Origin: a virus | Length of the DNA stretch: 64,000 nucleotides | IMG/VR virus record: IMGVR_UViG_3300047369_000650 | Location: 64,001-128,000 of that record | Reading direction: 5' to 3' (one strand) | Shown here: positions 29,299 to 36,253 of the stretch, in pieces | Position numbering within the stretch: the stretch's first letter is position 1 | How the letters are laid out: every line of letters starts with the position of its first letter | Notes under the pieces: model-generated | The model's input: the letters and a program-made list of their open reading frames with translations, nothing else | What the model was told of the DNA's origin: nothing | The model's database searches: none | Program-made: the position numbers and the translations under genes

Positions 29299-29973
29299 AT
29301 GGGTGATGTAGCACATCTAATAGGAAATGGTAAAAGTTCTGGTTTTTATCAGCACGCAAAAGGATTAAAGATTGCTTGTAATCTTCCGCCATTTGAAGTA
29401 CAGAATCTTTATACTACTGTTATGGTTGATTTTAAGATGATGAACGCTATTCATAAGCAGAATATAACAGTACCTGGAGATTGGGTTCTTGGTGCTAGAC
29501 CTCATAAATGGATGGAAATGAAAAATGATTTCTATGTAAAATATTCAAAACAAATCAAAGAATTTTATCTTACTCTTCCTAAGTATGCAGCAAATTATAC
29601 AGACTTTAACTGCGGCCATATGGCTACACATTGGATTGCAAATAAACTGAAACGTAAAGAGATTCATATGTATGGTTTTGACTCAATCTTTGAGTTTGAT
29701 ACTACAAGTATGTCTGATACTTTTATGGAGTCTGCCAGAGATAATTTAAATACTCAAAGATTAACGTCTAAGTGGAGACCCATCTGGCATGGAATTTTTA
29801 ATGAGTTTAAGGATACACAGTTTATACTTTATCATGATGTAGGTAAGTCCCAGGTTCCTCTTCCAAAAAATGTTGAAGTAAGAGATAATAATAAAGGTCG
29901 CAGAGCCAAGCGTACTCGTAATAAAGATTATAAGCCAGAACCTTTTGATAAAAGTAAAGTTTCTGATGCATAA
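29299..29973 (+). CDS. Rossmann-like putative sugar transferase (sialyltransferase/Maf-like N-terminus)
   Basis: AHLIGNGKS, NCGHMA and IHMYGFD pattern; last gene of the glycosylation island. Confidence 0.45.
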   Translation: MGDVAHLIGNGKSSGFYQHAKGLKIACNLPPFEVQNLYTTVMVDFKMMNAIHKQNITVPGDWVLGARPHKWMEMKNDFYVKYSKQIKEFYLTLPKYAANYTDFNCGHMATHWIANKLKRKEIHMYGFDSIFEFDTTSMSDTFMESARDNLNTQRLTSKWRPIWHGIFNEFKDTQFILYHDVGKSQVPLPKNVEVRDNNKGRRAKRTRNKDYKPEPFDKSKVSDA

Positions 29974-30006
29974 GGGGTTTACATTCTCTGAAAAATAGTT
30001 TATTAT
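29974..30006 (+). promoter_or_regulatory. Early promoter
   Basis: GGGGTTTACA-17 nt-TATTAT. Confidence 0.7.
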
Positions 30007-30016
30007 AATTACAGAG

Positions 30017-30430
30017 GTGCTAGAAATGTATTACTATATAGACAACAGACCATCAACTCTTTCAATGGATTTCCTTGATGAAGTTCTTGACTTTGGGCAA
30101 TACTATCTCGGATTGGATAGCGATTTTATTATAAAGCTAGTTTTTCTTTCAGACTTGGGTAAACAAGTCTGGGGCTATTGTAATGGGCTGGAAGATGAAG
30201 ACTATGTAATTGAAATCAGTTCTAATATAAATACTTCTGATATGGTAGAAACCATATTTCATGAGTTAGTTCATGTGAAACAAATCATAGACGGGCGCCT
30301 AGATGAAGACGGTCGGACATGGAAAGGTAAAACGTATGACACAACAAAAACTCCCTATAAGGAGCTTCCTTGGGAAATAGAAGCTTTTAGGCTTCAAAGA
30401 CTCATGACAAAAGAATTTTTCTCAGCATAA
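30017..30430 (+). CDS. Small HExxH metallopeptidase-like protein
   Basis: TIFHELVHVKQ...PWEIEAF. Confidence 0.7.
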   Translation: MLEMYYYIDNRPSTLSMDFLDEVLDFGQYYLGLDSDFIIKLVFLSDLGKQVWGYCNGLEDEDYVIEISSNINTSDMVETIFHELVHVKQIIDGRLDEDGRTWKGKTYDTTKTPYKELPWEIEAFRLQRLMTKEFFSA

Positions 30431-30443
30431 TAGGAATACTGCA

Positions 30444-30515
30444 ATGGCAGATAGCGACGATCCTTGTGATGACGTAAGTGGGCGTGACTTAAGTAAATGG
30501 TTATATTGGAATTAA
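30444..30515 (+). CDS. Putative 23-aa peptide MADSDDPCDDVSGRDLSKWLYWN
   Basis: AGGA Shine-Dalgarno, ATG and in-frame TAA; very short. Confidence 0.4.
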   Translation: MADSDDPCDDVSGRDLSKWLYWN

Positions 30516-30530
30516 AAAAAAAATAAAAAA

Positions 30531-30573
30531 ATGCATTTTAGGGGTTTACAAATGGGTTAGGATATACTATATT
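30531..30573 (+). promoter_or_regulatory. Early promoter with A-tract UP element
   Basis: A-run, then tgcattttaGGGGTTTACA-17 nt-TATATT. Confidence 0.8.
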
Positions 30574-30605
30574 AGTAGTATAAAGAGAATCGGAAGGAAC
30601 TAAAA

Positions 30606-30854
30606 ATGATTGATTATATCTCAGCTAACAACGGAAACATCCAGCTATGGAATGGAAACCAAATCGTAGCAGAAGCTTGTACTGCTAAATCAATTGTTTA
30701 TTTTCTTCAAGAGAATGGTTTTAATGAAGATGGAATTCTTGCTTCGTCTTCAATGGAATTTGCTTCAGAAGAAGGCTTTGATACAGATGACTGTGCTAAG
30801 AATCTTTGGAATGAATCACTTAATCGTTACTATGCATCAGTATGCTATTCTTAA
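30606..30854 (+). CDS. Hypothetical early protein
   Basis: AAGGA Shine-Dalgarno, directly behind an early promoter. Confidence 0.75.
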   Translation: MIDYISANNGNIQLWNGNQIVAEACTAKSIVYFLQENGFNEDGILASSSMEFASEEGFDTDDCAKNLWNESLNRYYASVCYS

Positions 30855-30870
30855 CTTAAAGGAAAAAATT

Positions 30871-31113
30871 ATGAATACTCCTTGGATTCAAGAAACTCGC
30901 AATGGCTTTGACATAGCCGAAGAAGAAATGAATCGACTCGAAGCTTTACCTGCTCAAGGTGAACAGTCTTCTATGGTTCAGTCTGATATGAAAGCATGGG
31001 CTGTTAAAAAAGGCATTTGGCTATCAGAACCATATAAGAACATTATTGTTCTTCATGCTATTGACCGCGGATGGCTTCAAGAGTATTCAACTGGAATGGA
31101 GATTTGTAATTAA
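30871..31113 (+). CDS. Hypothetical protein
   Basis: AAGGA Shine-Dalgarno and ATG at 30871; the track's 30694 start is an over-extension. Confidence 0.7.
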   Translation: MNTPWIQETRNGFDIAEEEMNRLEALPAQGEQSSMVQSDMKAWAVKKGIWLSEPYKNIIVLHAIDRGWLQEYSTGMEICN

Positions 31114-31334
31114 TGTTACAGGATGCAATTTATCATGGTCAAGTAGCACTTGATATTTTAGAGTTTGATTTCCACAGACCATTTAAAAATGGTAAGTGTA
31201 ATCGTGAAAATATCGAAGAAAAGATCATTGAGGGTATTCTTTCAAATGAACTTGAGCCCATGAACGATCAAGATGTTGATATTATTTGTGATTTAATTGA
31301 TAGTTTAATACTTGAACTAGGAGTGAAGAAGTGA
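31113..31334 (+). CDS. Hypothetical protein
   Basis: TAATG coupling to the previous gene. Confidence 0.7.
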   Translation: MLQDAIYHGQVALDILEFDFHRPFKNGKCNRENIEEKIIEGILSNELEPMNDQDVDIICDLIDSLILELGVKK

Positions 31335-31510
31335 CTGAAGGGCCATTCAAGAGTGCATTTGATGCAGATACTGCTGGTGTAATTCGCAGAGAGATTATAA
31401 CATATCGAAGAAAAGATAATATTATGGTAAAAGAAACCGCAACAAGAGATTATTATAAAAGCGGTGATTATCATGATACAAGTTCAACAACACCGATTGT
31501 GGAAAGATAG
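31331..31510 (+). CDS. Hypothetical protein (59 aa, GTG start)
   Basis: GGAG Shine-Dalgarno, GTGA overlap with the previous stop, TAG at 31508-31510. Confidence 0.65.
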   Translation: MTEGPFKSAFDADTAGVIRREIITYRRKDNIMVKETATRDYYKSGDYHDTSSTTPIVER

Positions 31511-31522
31511 ATAAGTTAAATA

Positions 31523-31599
31523 GGTTCCTTAGCTCAGCTGGATAGAGCAACTGCCTTCTAAGCAGTAGGTCATAGGTTCGAATCCTATAGGGACCACCA
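31523..31599 (+). tRNA. tRNA-Arg(UCU)
   Basis: Full cloverleaf; anticodon arm ACTGC-CTTCTAA-GCAGT, TTCGAAT T-loop, encoded CCA. Confidence 0.95.
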
Positions 31600-31604
31600 A
31601 TAAT

Positions 31605-31679
31605 ATGGGTGAAGTGTTAATGGTTGCACGTCGGATTCCAAATCCGAAAGACAGAGTTCGATTCTTTGCACCCATGCCA
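31605..31679 (+). tRNA. tRNA-Trp(CCA)
   Basis: ATGGGTG/CACCCAT acceptor stem, TCGGA-TTCCAAA-TCCGA anticodon arm, G73 discriminator plus CCA. Confidence 0.9.
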
Positions 31680-31696
31680 AACAAAAAGGATATATT

Positions 31697-31864
31697 ATGC
31701 GTAGAGGAAACAAACCTGAAGCAGAAGACTATATAAAGGTAAGGTTAGAGTTTCTTCACGAAGAAAAGAAAAAGAACGATAATCAAACTGCACATCTAGT
31801 ATTAGATAAAGCAATTTATGAATTAAGTATTGTTCTTGATCTTTTGACAAGAAACGGAGTTTAG
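31697..31864 (+). CDS. Hypothetical protein (55 aa) within the tRNA cluster
   Basis: AAGGA Shine-Dalgarno; the stop codon lies inside the 5' end of tRNA-Pro. Confidence 0.65.
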   Translation: MRRGNKPEAEDYIKVRLEFLHEEKKKNDNQTAHLVLDKAIYELSIVLDLLTRNGV

Positions 31865-31931
31865 CGCAGTCTGGTAGCGCATCTGCTTTGGGAGCAGAGG
31901 GTCAGAGGTTCGAATCCTCTAACTCCGACCA
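31855..31931 (+). tRNA. tRNA-Pro(UGG)
   Basis: CGGAGTT/AACTCCG acceptor stem, TCTGC-TTTGGGA-GCAGA arm, CCA. Confidence 0.95.
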
Positions 31932-31938
31932 AAAATAT

Positions 31939-32013
31939 TCCGGCGTAGCTCAGTGGTAGAGCAGTTGACTGTTAATCAATTGGTCGTAGGTTCGACCCCT
32001 ACCGCCGGAGCCA
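31939..32013 (+). tRNA. tRNA-Asn(GUU)
   Basis: TCCGGCG/CGCCGGA acceptor stem, GTTGA-CTGTTAA-TCAAT arm, GCCA end. Confidence 0.95.
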
Positions 32014-32018
32014 AATTA

Positions 32019-32094
32019 GGGTCTGTAGCTTAGTGGTTAAAGCTGCCCGCTCATAACGGGTAGATCGTAGGTTCAAATCCTACCGGACCCACCA
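32019..32094 (+). tRNA. tRNA with CAU anticodon, most likely Ile2 (lysidine-modified); elongator Met is the alternative
   Basis: GGGTCTG/CGGACCC acceptor stem and GCCCG-CTCATAA-CGGGT arm; no C1:A72 mismatch, so not an initiator; the body resembles bacterial Ile2 tRNAs. Confidence 0.85.
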
Positions 32095-32115
32095 TATATA
32101 ATGAGGAGAAGTGAA

Positions 32116-32205
32116 TTGGAACTTTTATATACTATAGCAATTATAATTGGTGTTTTTCAAGATGGGAGCCCATTCTCACTTTGTTTAACAAATTGTATCG
32201 GATAG
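32116..32205 (+). CDS. Putative 29-aa hydrophobic peptide (MELLYTIAIIIGVFQDGSPFSLCLTNCIG)
   Basis: Strong GAGGAG Shine-Dalgarno before a TTG; an in-frame ATG also exists at 32101. Confidence 0.45.
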   Translation: MELLYTIAIIIGVFQDGSPFSLCLTNCIG

Positions 32206-32378
32206 GCGCAGGGGAAAGCCTAGCAATTTCGCTAAACGTACCCACTAAAAACCCTATTCACGTTAAACGCTCGAGCGGTGTTTAGGTTGGTATACGATCT
32301 GGTACCAGGAAACCCAGACGGTTGTTGCATACGTTAAATGCAAATAGAAAGGGGGGCTCTGCAGTAAGCTCCCCTTTT
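32205..32378 (+). ncRNA. Candidate structured ncRNA, family unassigned
   Basis: ORF-free and GC-richer than its flanks, with six consecutive hairpins ending in an intrinsic terminator. Confidence 0.55.
32348..32378 (+). terminator. Rho-independent terminator
   Basis: AAA-GGGGGGCT-ctgcagta-AGCTCCCC-TTTT. Confidence 0.85.
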
Positions 32379-32380
32379 GA

Positions 32381-32388
32381 TATAAATA
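32381..32388 (+). promoter_or_regulatory. T4-type late promoter TATAAATA
   Basis: Exact consensus upstream of an AGGAG Shine-Dalgarno and the 32414 start. Confidence 0.75.
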
Positions 32389-32413
32389 TTAATGTCTAAA
32401 AGGAGATATTAAT

Positions 32414-32719
32414 ATGAATATGAAAGATGTTGCGGATCTACAAAAATATGCTGTAATGCAAGCATCTATGTATAGACCGCCTGTAGATCAATACCCAAAC
32501 TCGGAAAATATTAAACCGCCTATGAAAAAAGACAAAGTGCGTGTTATAGAGCAAATGGATCGGTCTCCGGTTGCATATGATAGCACAAAAGATTTCCATA
32601 AAAAATTAGATGAGCTTATGTCGCAAAGACAAAACGCTGAAATAATTAAATATAAAAAGGACGGATCTATAGATCCCGCCATGGTTGATGTAGGGCAACT
32701 ATTAAATATAAGTGTTTAA
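32414..32719 (+). CDS. Hypothetical late protein
   Basis: Late promoter plus Shine-Dalgarno; 101 aa. Confidence 0.75.
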   Translation: MNMKDVADLQKYAVMQASMYRPPVDQYPNSENIKPPMKKDKVRVIEQMDRSPVAYDSTKDFHKKLDELMSQRQNAEIIKYKKDGSIDPAMVDVGQLLNISV

Positions 32720-32720
32720 A

Positions 32721-33494
32721 TTATTTATTGTACCAATCTAAATCTGGATTTACAATACTAACAGATTTGCCTTTTATTGGTGCAATATTCATCGGAGATT
32801 TCTTAACGCTTCTTATAGACATCTCGAAAGTAAACTGGTAATTACCGCCACCTTTTGCTTGTACTCTCGCTCTATAACCTAGAGTTGCTGCTTGACTAAA
32901 TCTAGGAACACCTTTAAATTTTAAAGGATTAGATGCACCAAGTAAATAGAATCCTGTAGTACCTACATTCATATAATATGTTTTCTTTTTATTGTAATAT
33001 TGTTCAATGTTTGTTGCAGGTATTTCAGCTTTAATTTCTTCAAATCTTTTTAACTCTTTTGCATAGATAGCTCGTTTATCAAGGTCTTTTATTTCATCTC
33101 TGAGTTCTGGTTTGTTTGAAAACTTATAAGGCTCATTTTTCCATTTTTTGTTAATAGCATCTAAAACACCATATCTCATAGCCAGATCACGAATAAATAT
33201 TTTTTCTTCTTCATTTGGTTTTGGTTCATCAAAATACCATTTACCATTTGCATATTTAATTACTAAAGATCCGCCAGAAGCTCCTGGGGATATTTTTAAT
33301 TCACACCCCGCTTCCTTACCTGCTCTTTGAATCATTAAATCTGGGATATCAGAACCAGCACCAGCCGGAGTAAATTTTTTCGGTACAATGCCCATAGGTT
33401 TTAAAACCTTTACCGCATTTATTTCATATTGAAACCCTTGTTGTGCAGTACTAGCCATTTCTGTAATATACCCTTTAAATGATTGCATAATCAT
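32721..33494 (-). CDS. Putative PD-(D/E)xK nuclease
   Basis: GFQYE...IPDLMIQ...GCELK motif; basic composition; minus-strand TATAAATA upstream. Confidence 0.55.
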   Translation of the reverse strand: MIMQSFKGYITEMASTAQQGFQYEINAVKVLKPMGIVPKKFTPAGAGSDIPDLMIQRAGKEAGCELKISPGASGGSLVIKYANGKWYFDEPKPNEEEKIFIRDLAMRYGVLDAINKKWKNEPYKFSNKPELRDEIKDLDKRAIYAKELKRFEEIKAEIPATNIEQYYNKKKTYYMNVGTTGFYLLGASNPLKFKGVPRFSQAATLGYRARVQAKGGGNYQFTFEMSIRSVKKSPMNIAPIKGKSVSIVNPDLDWYNK

Positions 33495-33520
33495 AGTCCT
33501 ATTAAAATGATGCTTTATGT

Positions 33521-33547
33521 TATTTATACTTTTATTTTTTATAAATA
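33521..33547. promoter_or_regulatory. Divergent pair of late promoters
   Basis: TATAAATA on the minus strand at 33521-33528 and on the plus strand at 33540-33547. Confidence 0.75.
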
Positions 33548-33574
33548 CTTTCTATAGGAACATAGGAGCTAAAA

Positions 33575-34330
33575 ATGTTATCCAGATTATCATTTAAGGA
33601 AAGAAGTTTATTATTTGGTAGACTAGCAACTATAGCATATTTGCCTTTTGAAGATGCAAAAAGAGCTGCTAGACGATTAGGTTTTTCACAAACCACTTTT
33701 TATGATAGAGATGGAGCACAAGCATATAGATTTATGAGTAAATATGATATTGTTATTGCTTGTAGAGGCACTGAACCAACTCAATGGAATGATGTAAAAG
33801 CAGATTTAAAAGCAATTCCTGTTATGGCAGAAACTATAAGCAGAGTACATCAAGGATTTAAAGCCGAAGTTGACGATTTATGGCCAATGATTAAACCGCA
33901 TCTTGAAGTCAAAGTAAATGTAAGAAAAAAGCTATGGTTCTGCGGACATAGTTTAGGTGCTGCAATGACAACTATTATGGCTAGTAGAGCATTTCATGAT
34001 GAGAAGCTCGCAGATCCAGTTGAAGTTTATACATATGGCTCACCAAGAGTTGGTTGGAAAAAATATGTTAAGAGTCTAGGAATGATTCATCACCGATTCG
34101 TAAATAATAATGATGTAGTTACTCGTGTTCCTCTTTGGATTATGGGCTATAGACATCATGGTACTATGCACTATTTTAATAGACATGGAGATTATAGTAA
34201 AGCCACAGGTTGGAGACGAGTAAAAGATAGATTAATGGGAATGTGGATGGGCTTAAAGAAAGGTAAGATAGACAACATTGGTGATCATCCAATGGGTGCT
34301 TATATGCCATGTTTAGAAAAAATGCAGTAG
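33575..34330 (+). CDS. Class 3 lipase (alpha/beta hydrolase)
   Basis: IACRGTE, VHQGF, GHSLG nucleophile, YTYGSPRVG, NNNDVVTRVP and a C-terminal DH. Confidence 0.9.
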   Translation: MLSRLSFKERSLLFGRLATIAYLPFEDAKRAARRLGFSQTTFYDRDGAQAYRFMSKYDIVIACRGTEPTQWNDVKADLKAIPVMAETISRVHQGFKAEVDDLWPMIKPHLEVKVNVRKKLWFCGHSLGAAMTTIMASRAFHDEKLADPVEVYTYGSPRVGWKKYVKSLGMIHHRFVNNNDVVTRVPLWIMGYRHHGTMHYFNRHGDYSKATGWRRVKDRLMGMWMGLKKGKIDNIGDHPMGAYMPCLEKMQ

Positions 34331-34797
34331 GTGTTTTCTGTTTAAGTTTTCTTATAGCGTGTCAACCTATAGAAGAAACTTTAGATATATCCAAACCGGC
34401 TGAGCAATATATCGGTTTAGACGAATATAAAAACAGAAAACAATTAAAAGAATTAGTGGGAGTTGATCCTGTTCATACTGAATGGTGTGCAGCATTTGTA
34501 AATTTTGTTCTTGATATACAAGATATACCTGGTTCTGAATCAGTAAGTGATTATCCTCTCATGGCTAGATCATTTTTGACTTGGGGCGAAGAAGTTTTAG
34601 ATAAGCCCATAAAAGGAGATATTGTAATATTTCCAAGAGGCGGTAAACTATGGCAAGGTCATGTCGGATTCTTTATAAGAGAAGTTCAGTATGAAAATAG
34701 AACAAGATGGATTATACTAGGCGGAAATCAAGATAATACTGTAAGTTATGCAGAATTTAATCCTAAAAAAGCAATAGCAATTAGAAGAAAAAAGTAA
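34309..34797 (+). CDS. TIGR02594-like CHAP/NlpC-type cell-wall hydrolase with a lipoprotein signal
   Basis: Lipobox LIAC after a hydrophobic stretch; WCAAFVN, GHVGFF and LGGNQ. Confidence 0.8.
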   Translation: MFRKNAVGVFCLSFLIACQPIEETLDISKPAEQYIGLDEYKNRKQLKELVGVDPVHTEWCAAFVNFVLDIQDIPGSESVSDYPLMARSFLTWGEEVLDKPIKGDIVIFPRGGKLWQGHVGFFIREVQYENRTRWIILGGNQDNTVSYAEFNPKKAIAIRRKK

Positions 34798-34800
34798 ATT

Positions 34801-34834
34801 AGGGGTTTACTTTTCTTAAAAAATATATTAGAAT
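34801..34834 (+). promoter_or_regulatory. Early promoter
   Basis: AGGGGTTTACT-17 nt-TAGAAT. Confidence 0.75.
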
Positions 34835-34845
34835 AGTAAAATCTA

Positions 34846-35355
34846 ATGGAGATAAAAATGAAAAAAACTTTAACTGCAATGGTATTAGCTATGGCTGCAT
34901 CTGCATCATTAGCTGCTACAAAGAGTGCTGAAGTTTGGTATATAGAAAATGTTAATGTTCAGCAACAAACCCAAGAACCTGTACAAGAGTGTTCGATGCA
35001 ACAAGTACCAGTATATGGTACTGTTCATAATCAACATGCCACTGGTATTAATAATAATGTTCTTGCTGGAGCTATTATTGGTGGCTTAATTGGTGGGACA
35101 TCTAGAGGCAGTGACTCTGGTATTTTACCTGGAGTGATTGTTGGAGGCCTACTTGGTAGCACAACACCTGGTGCTCAGAAACAAAAAATAATTGGTTATA
35201 AGTCTCAACAAGTTTGTAATACTGTTTATCAACCAATAAATCAACAAGTGCAAACTCAGATTGTACACTGGAAACATGGAAATCAGCGTGGCTATTTTTA
35301 TAGTAACGAAAAGCACTATGTTGGTCAGACCGTAATGGTTGATGTTGGAATGTAA
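34846..35355 (+). CDS. Secreted glycine-zipper protein
   Basis: Signal peptide (LTAMVLAMAASASLA) and GAIIGGLIGG...GVIVGGLLG. Confidence 0.75.
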   Translation: MEIKMKKTLTAMVLAMAASASLAATKSAEVWYIENVNVQQQTQEPVQECSMQQVPVYGTVHNQHATGINNNVLAGAIIGGLIGGTSRGSDSGILPGVIVGGLLGSTTPGAQKQKIIGYKSQQVCNTVYQPINQQVQTQIVHWKHGNQRGYFYSNEKHYVGQTVMVDVGM

Positions 35356-35372
35356 ATTGGAAAGATTATATT

Positions 35373-35558
35373 ATGAGAAATTCAAATACACAGAATAGTT
35401 TTTCTGTAGATAATGATGGTCATATTCGACTGAAGACAAATCTATCACCTAAAGATTTAGGTATCCAAAGTGCAGATACATTTGTGGTTCTAATTGTAGA
35501 TGATGAAGCAATTTTAGTTAAAATGGAATTAGAACTAAAAGCTCATGTAAATGTTTAG
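35373..35558 (+). CDS. Hypothetical protein
   Basis: 61-aa ORF in the operon. Confidence 0.6.
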   Translation: MRNSNTQNSFSVDNDGHIRLKTNLSPKDLGIQSADTFVVLIVDDEAILVKMELELKAHVNV

Positions 35559-36021
35559 TCAGAAAAAAATTGAAGAAATTGTTGACTTACTCATTACTCT
35601 AACGCCAGAAACAAAAATTTACTTTGGTTGTGATTCAGTAAGATACTTTAAAAAGAATAAACCCTATGCTCGTTATGCTACTGTGATGATTGTTCACAAG
35701 AATGGTAATAACGGATGTAGAATTTTCTCAGAGGTATCCTATGAAAGAGACTATGATCTAAAAAAAGATCGACCGAAAATGAGAATGATAAACGAAGCAA
35801 AGAAAGTATGCGAATTATATTTGCATATAATACCATTTATTGATGAATTTGATGTCGAGATACATTTAGATGTTAATACTGATCCTAAACATGGATCCTA
35901 TTGTGCAGTAAATGAGGCAGCTGGTTATGTTCTAGGTATGACTGGTATCGAGCCAAAATTAAAACCGCATGGCTTTGCTGCAAGTTACGGTGCTGATGGA
36001 GTTGCTCATGGAAGAGGATAA
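35551..36021 (+). CDS. RNase H-like protein (YkuK/DUF458 family)
   Basis: IYFGCDS, RMINEA, IHLDVN and ASYGAD. Confidence 0.75.
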   Translation: MFSQKKIEEIVDLLITLTPETKIYFGCDSVRYFKKNKPYARYATVMIVHKNGNNGCRIFSEVSYERDYDLKKDRPKMRMINEAKKVCELYLHIIPFIDEFDVEIHLDVNTDPKHGSYCAVNEAAGYVLGMTGIEPKLKPHGFAASYGADGVAHGRG

Positions 36022-36253
36022 TATAAGATCACCAAAACTAATTTTTCTAAAAGATATTCTTGAAACTAAAGTTCGTAAAGAACAAGAGTTAGCATACTAT
36101 CAAAAGAAATTGGAAGAACTTGAAGTAAAGATGGGTTATCTTCGACAAGATATAAATTTAACAAATACTATTATTAATATTATTGAAGAAGAACAAGTGA
36201 TTGATTTTAAAGAACAGATGGAAAAAAGATTACTTATAAAGGACCCTAAATGA
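36008..36253 (+). CDS. Coiled-coil hypothetical protein
   Basis: Probable start is MEEDNI at 36008; heptad-like composition. Confidence 0.7.
   Translation: MEEDNIRSPKLIFLKDILETKVRKEQELAYYQKKLEELEVKMGYLRQDINLTNTIINIIEEEQVIDFKEQMEKRLLIKDPK

Noticed and set aside
30514-30532. Poly-A tract as a phase-variation site
   Set aside because: It is intergenic and directly upstream of a -35 box, so it is better explained as an UP element.
31605-31679. Suppressor tRNA or stop-codon recoding
   Set aside because: The anticodon is CCA (Trp), and core genes are full length in the standard code, ending in TAA, TAG and TGA.
32205-32378. tmRNA, RNase P RNA or a known riboswitch
   Set aside because: No tRNA-like acceptor or T arm, no tag reading frame and no conserved core that I recognise; kept only as an unassigned ncRNA.
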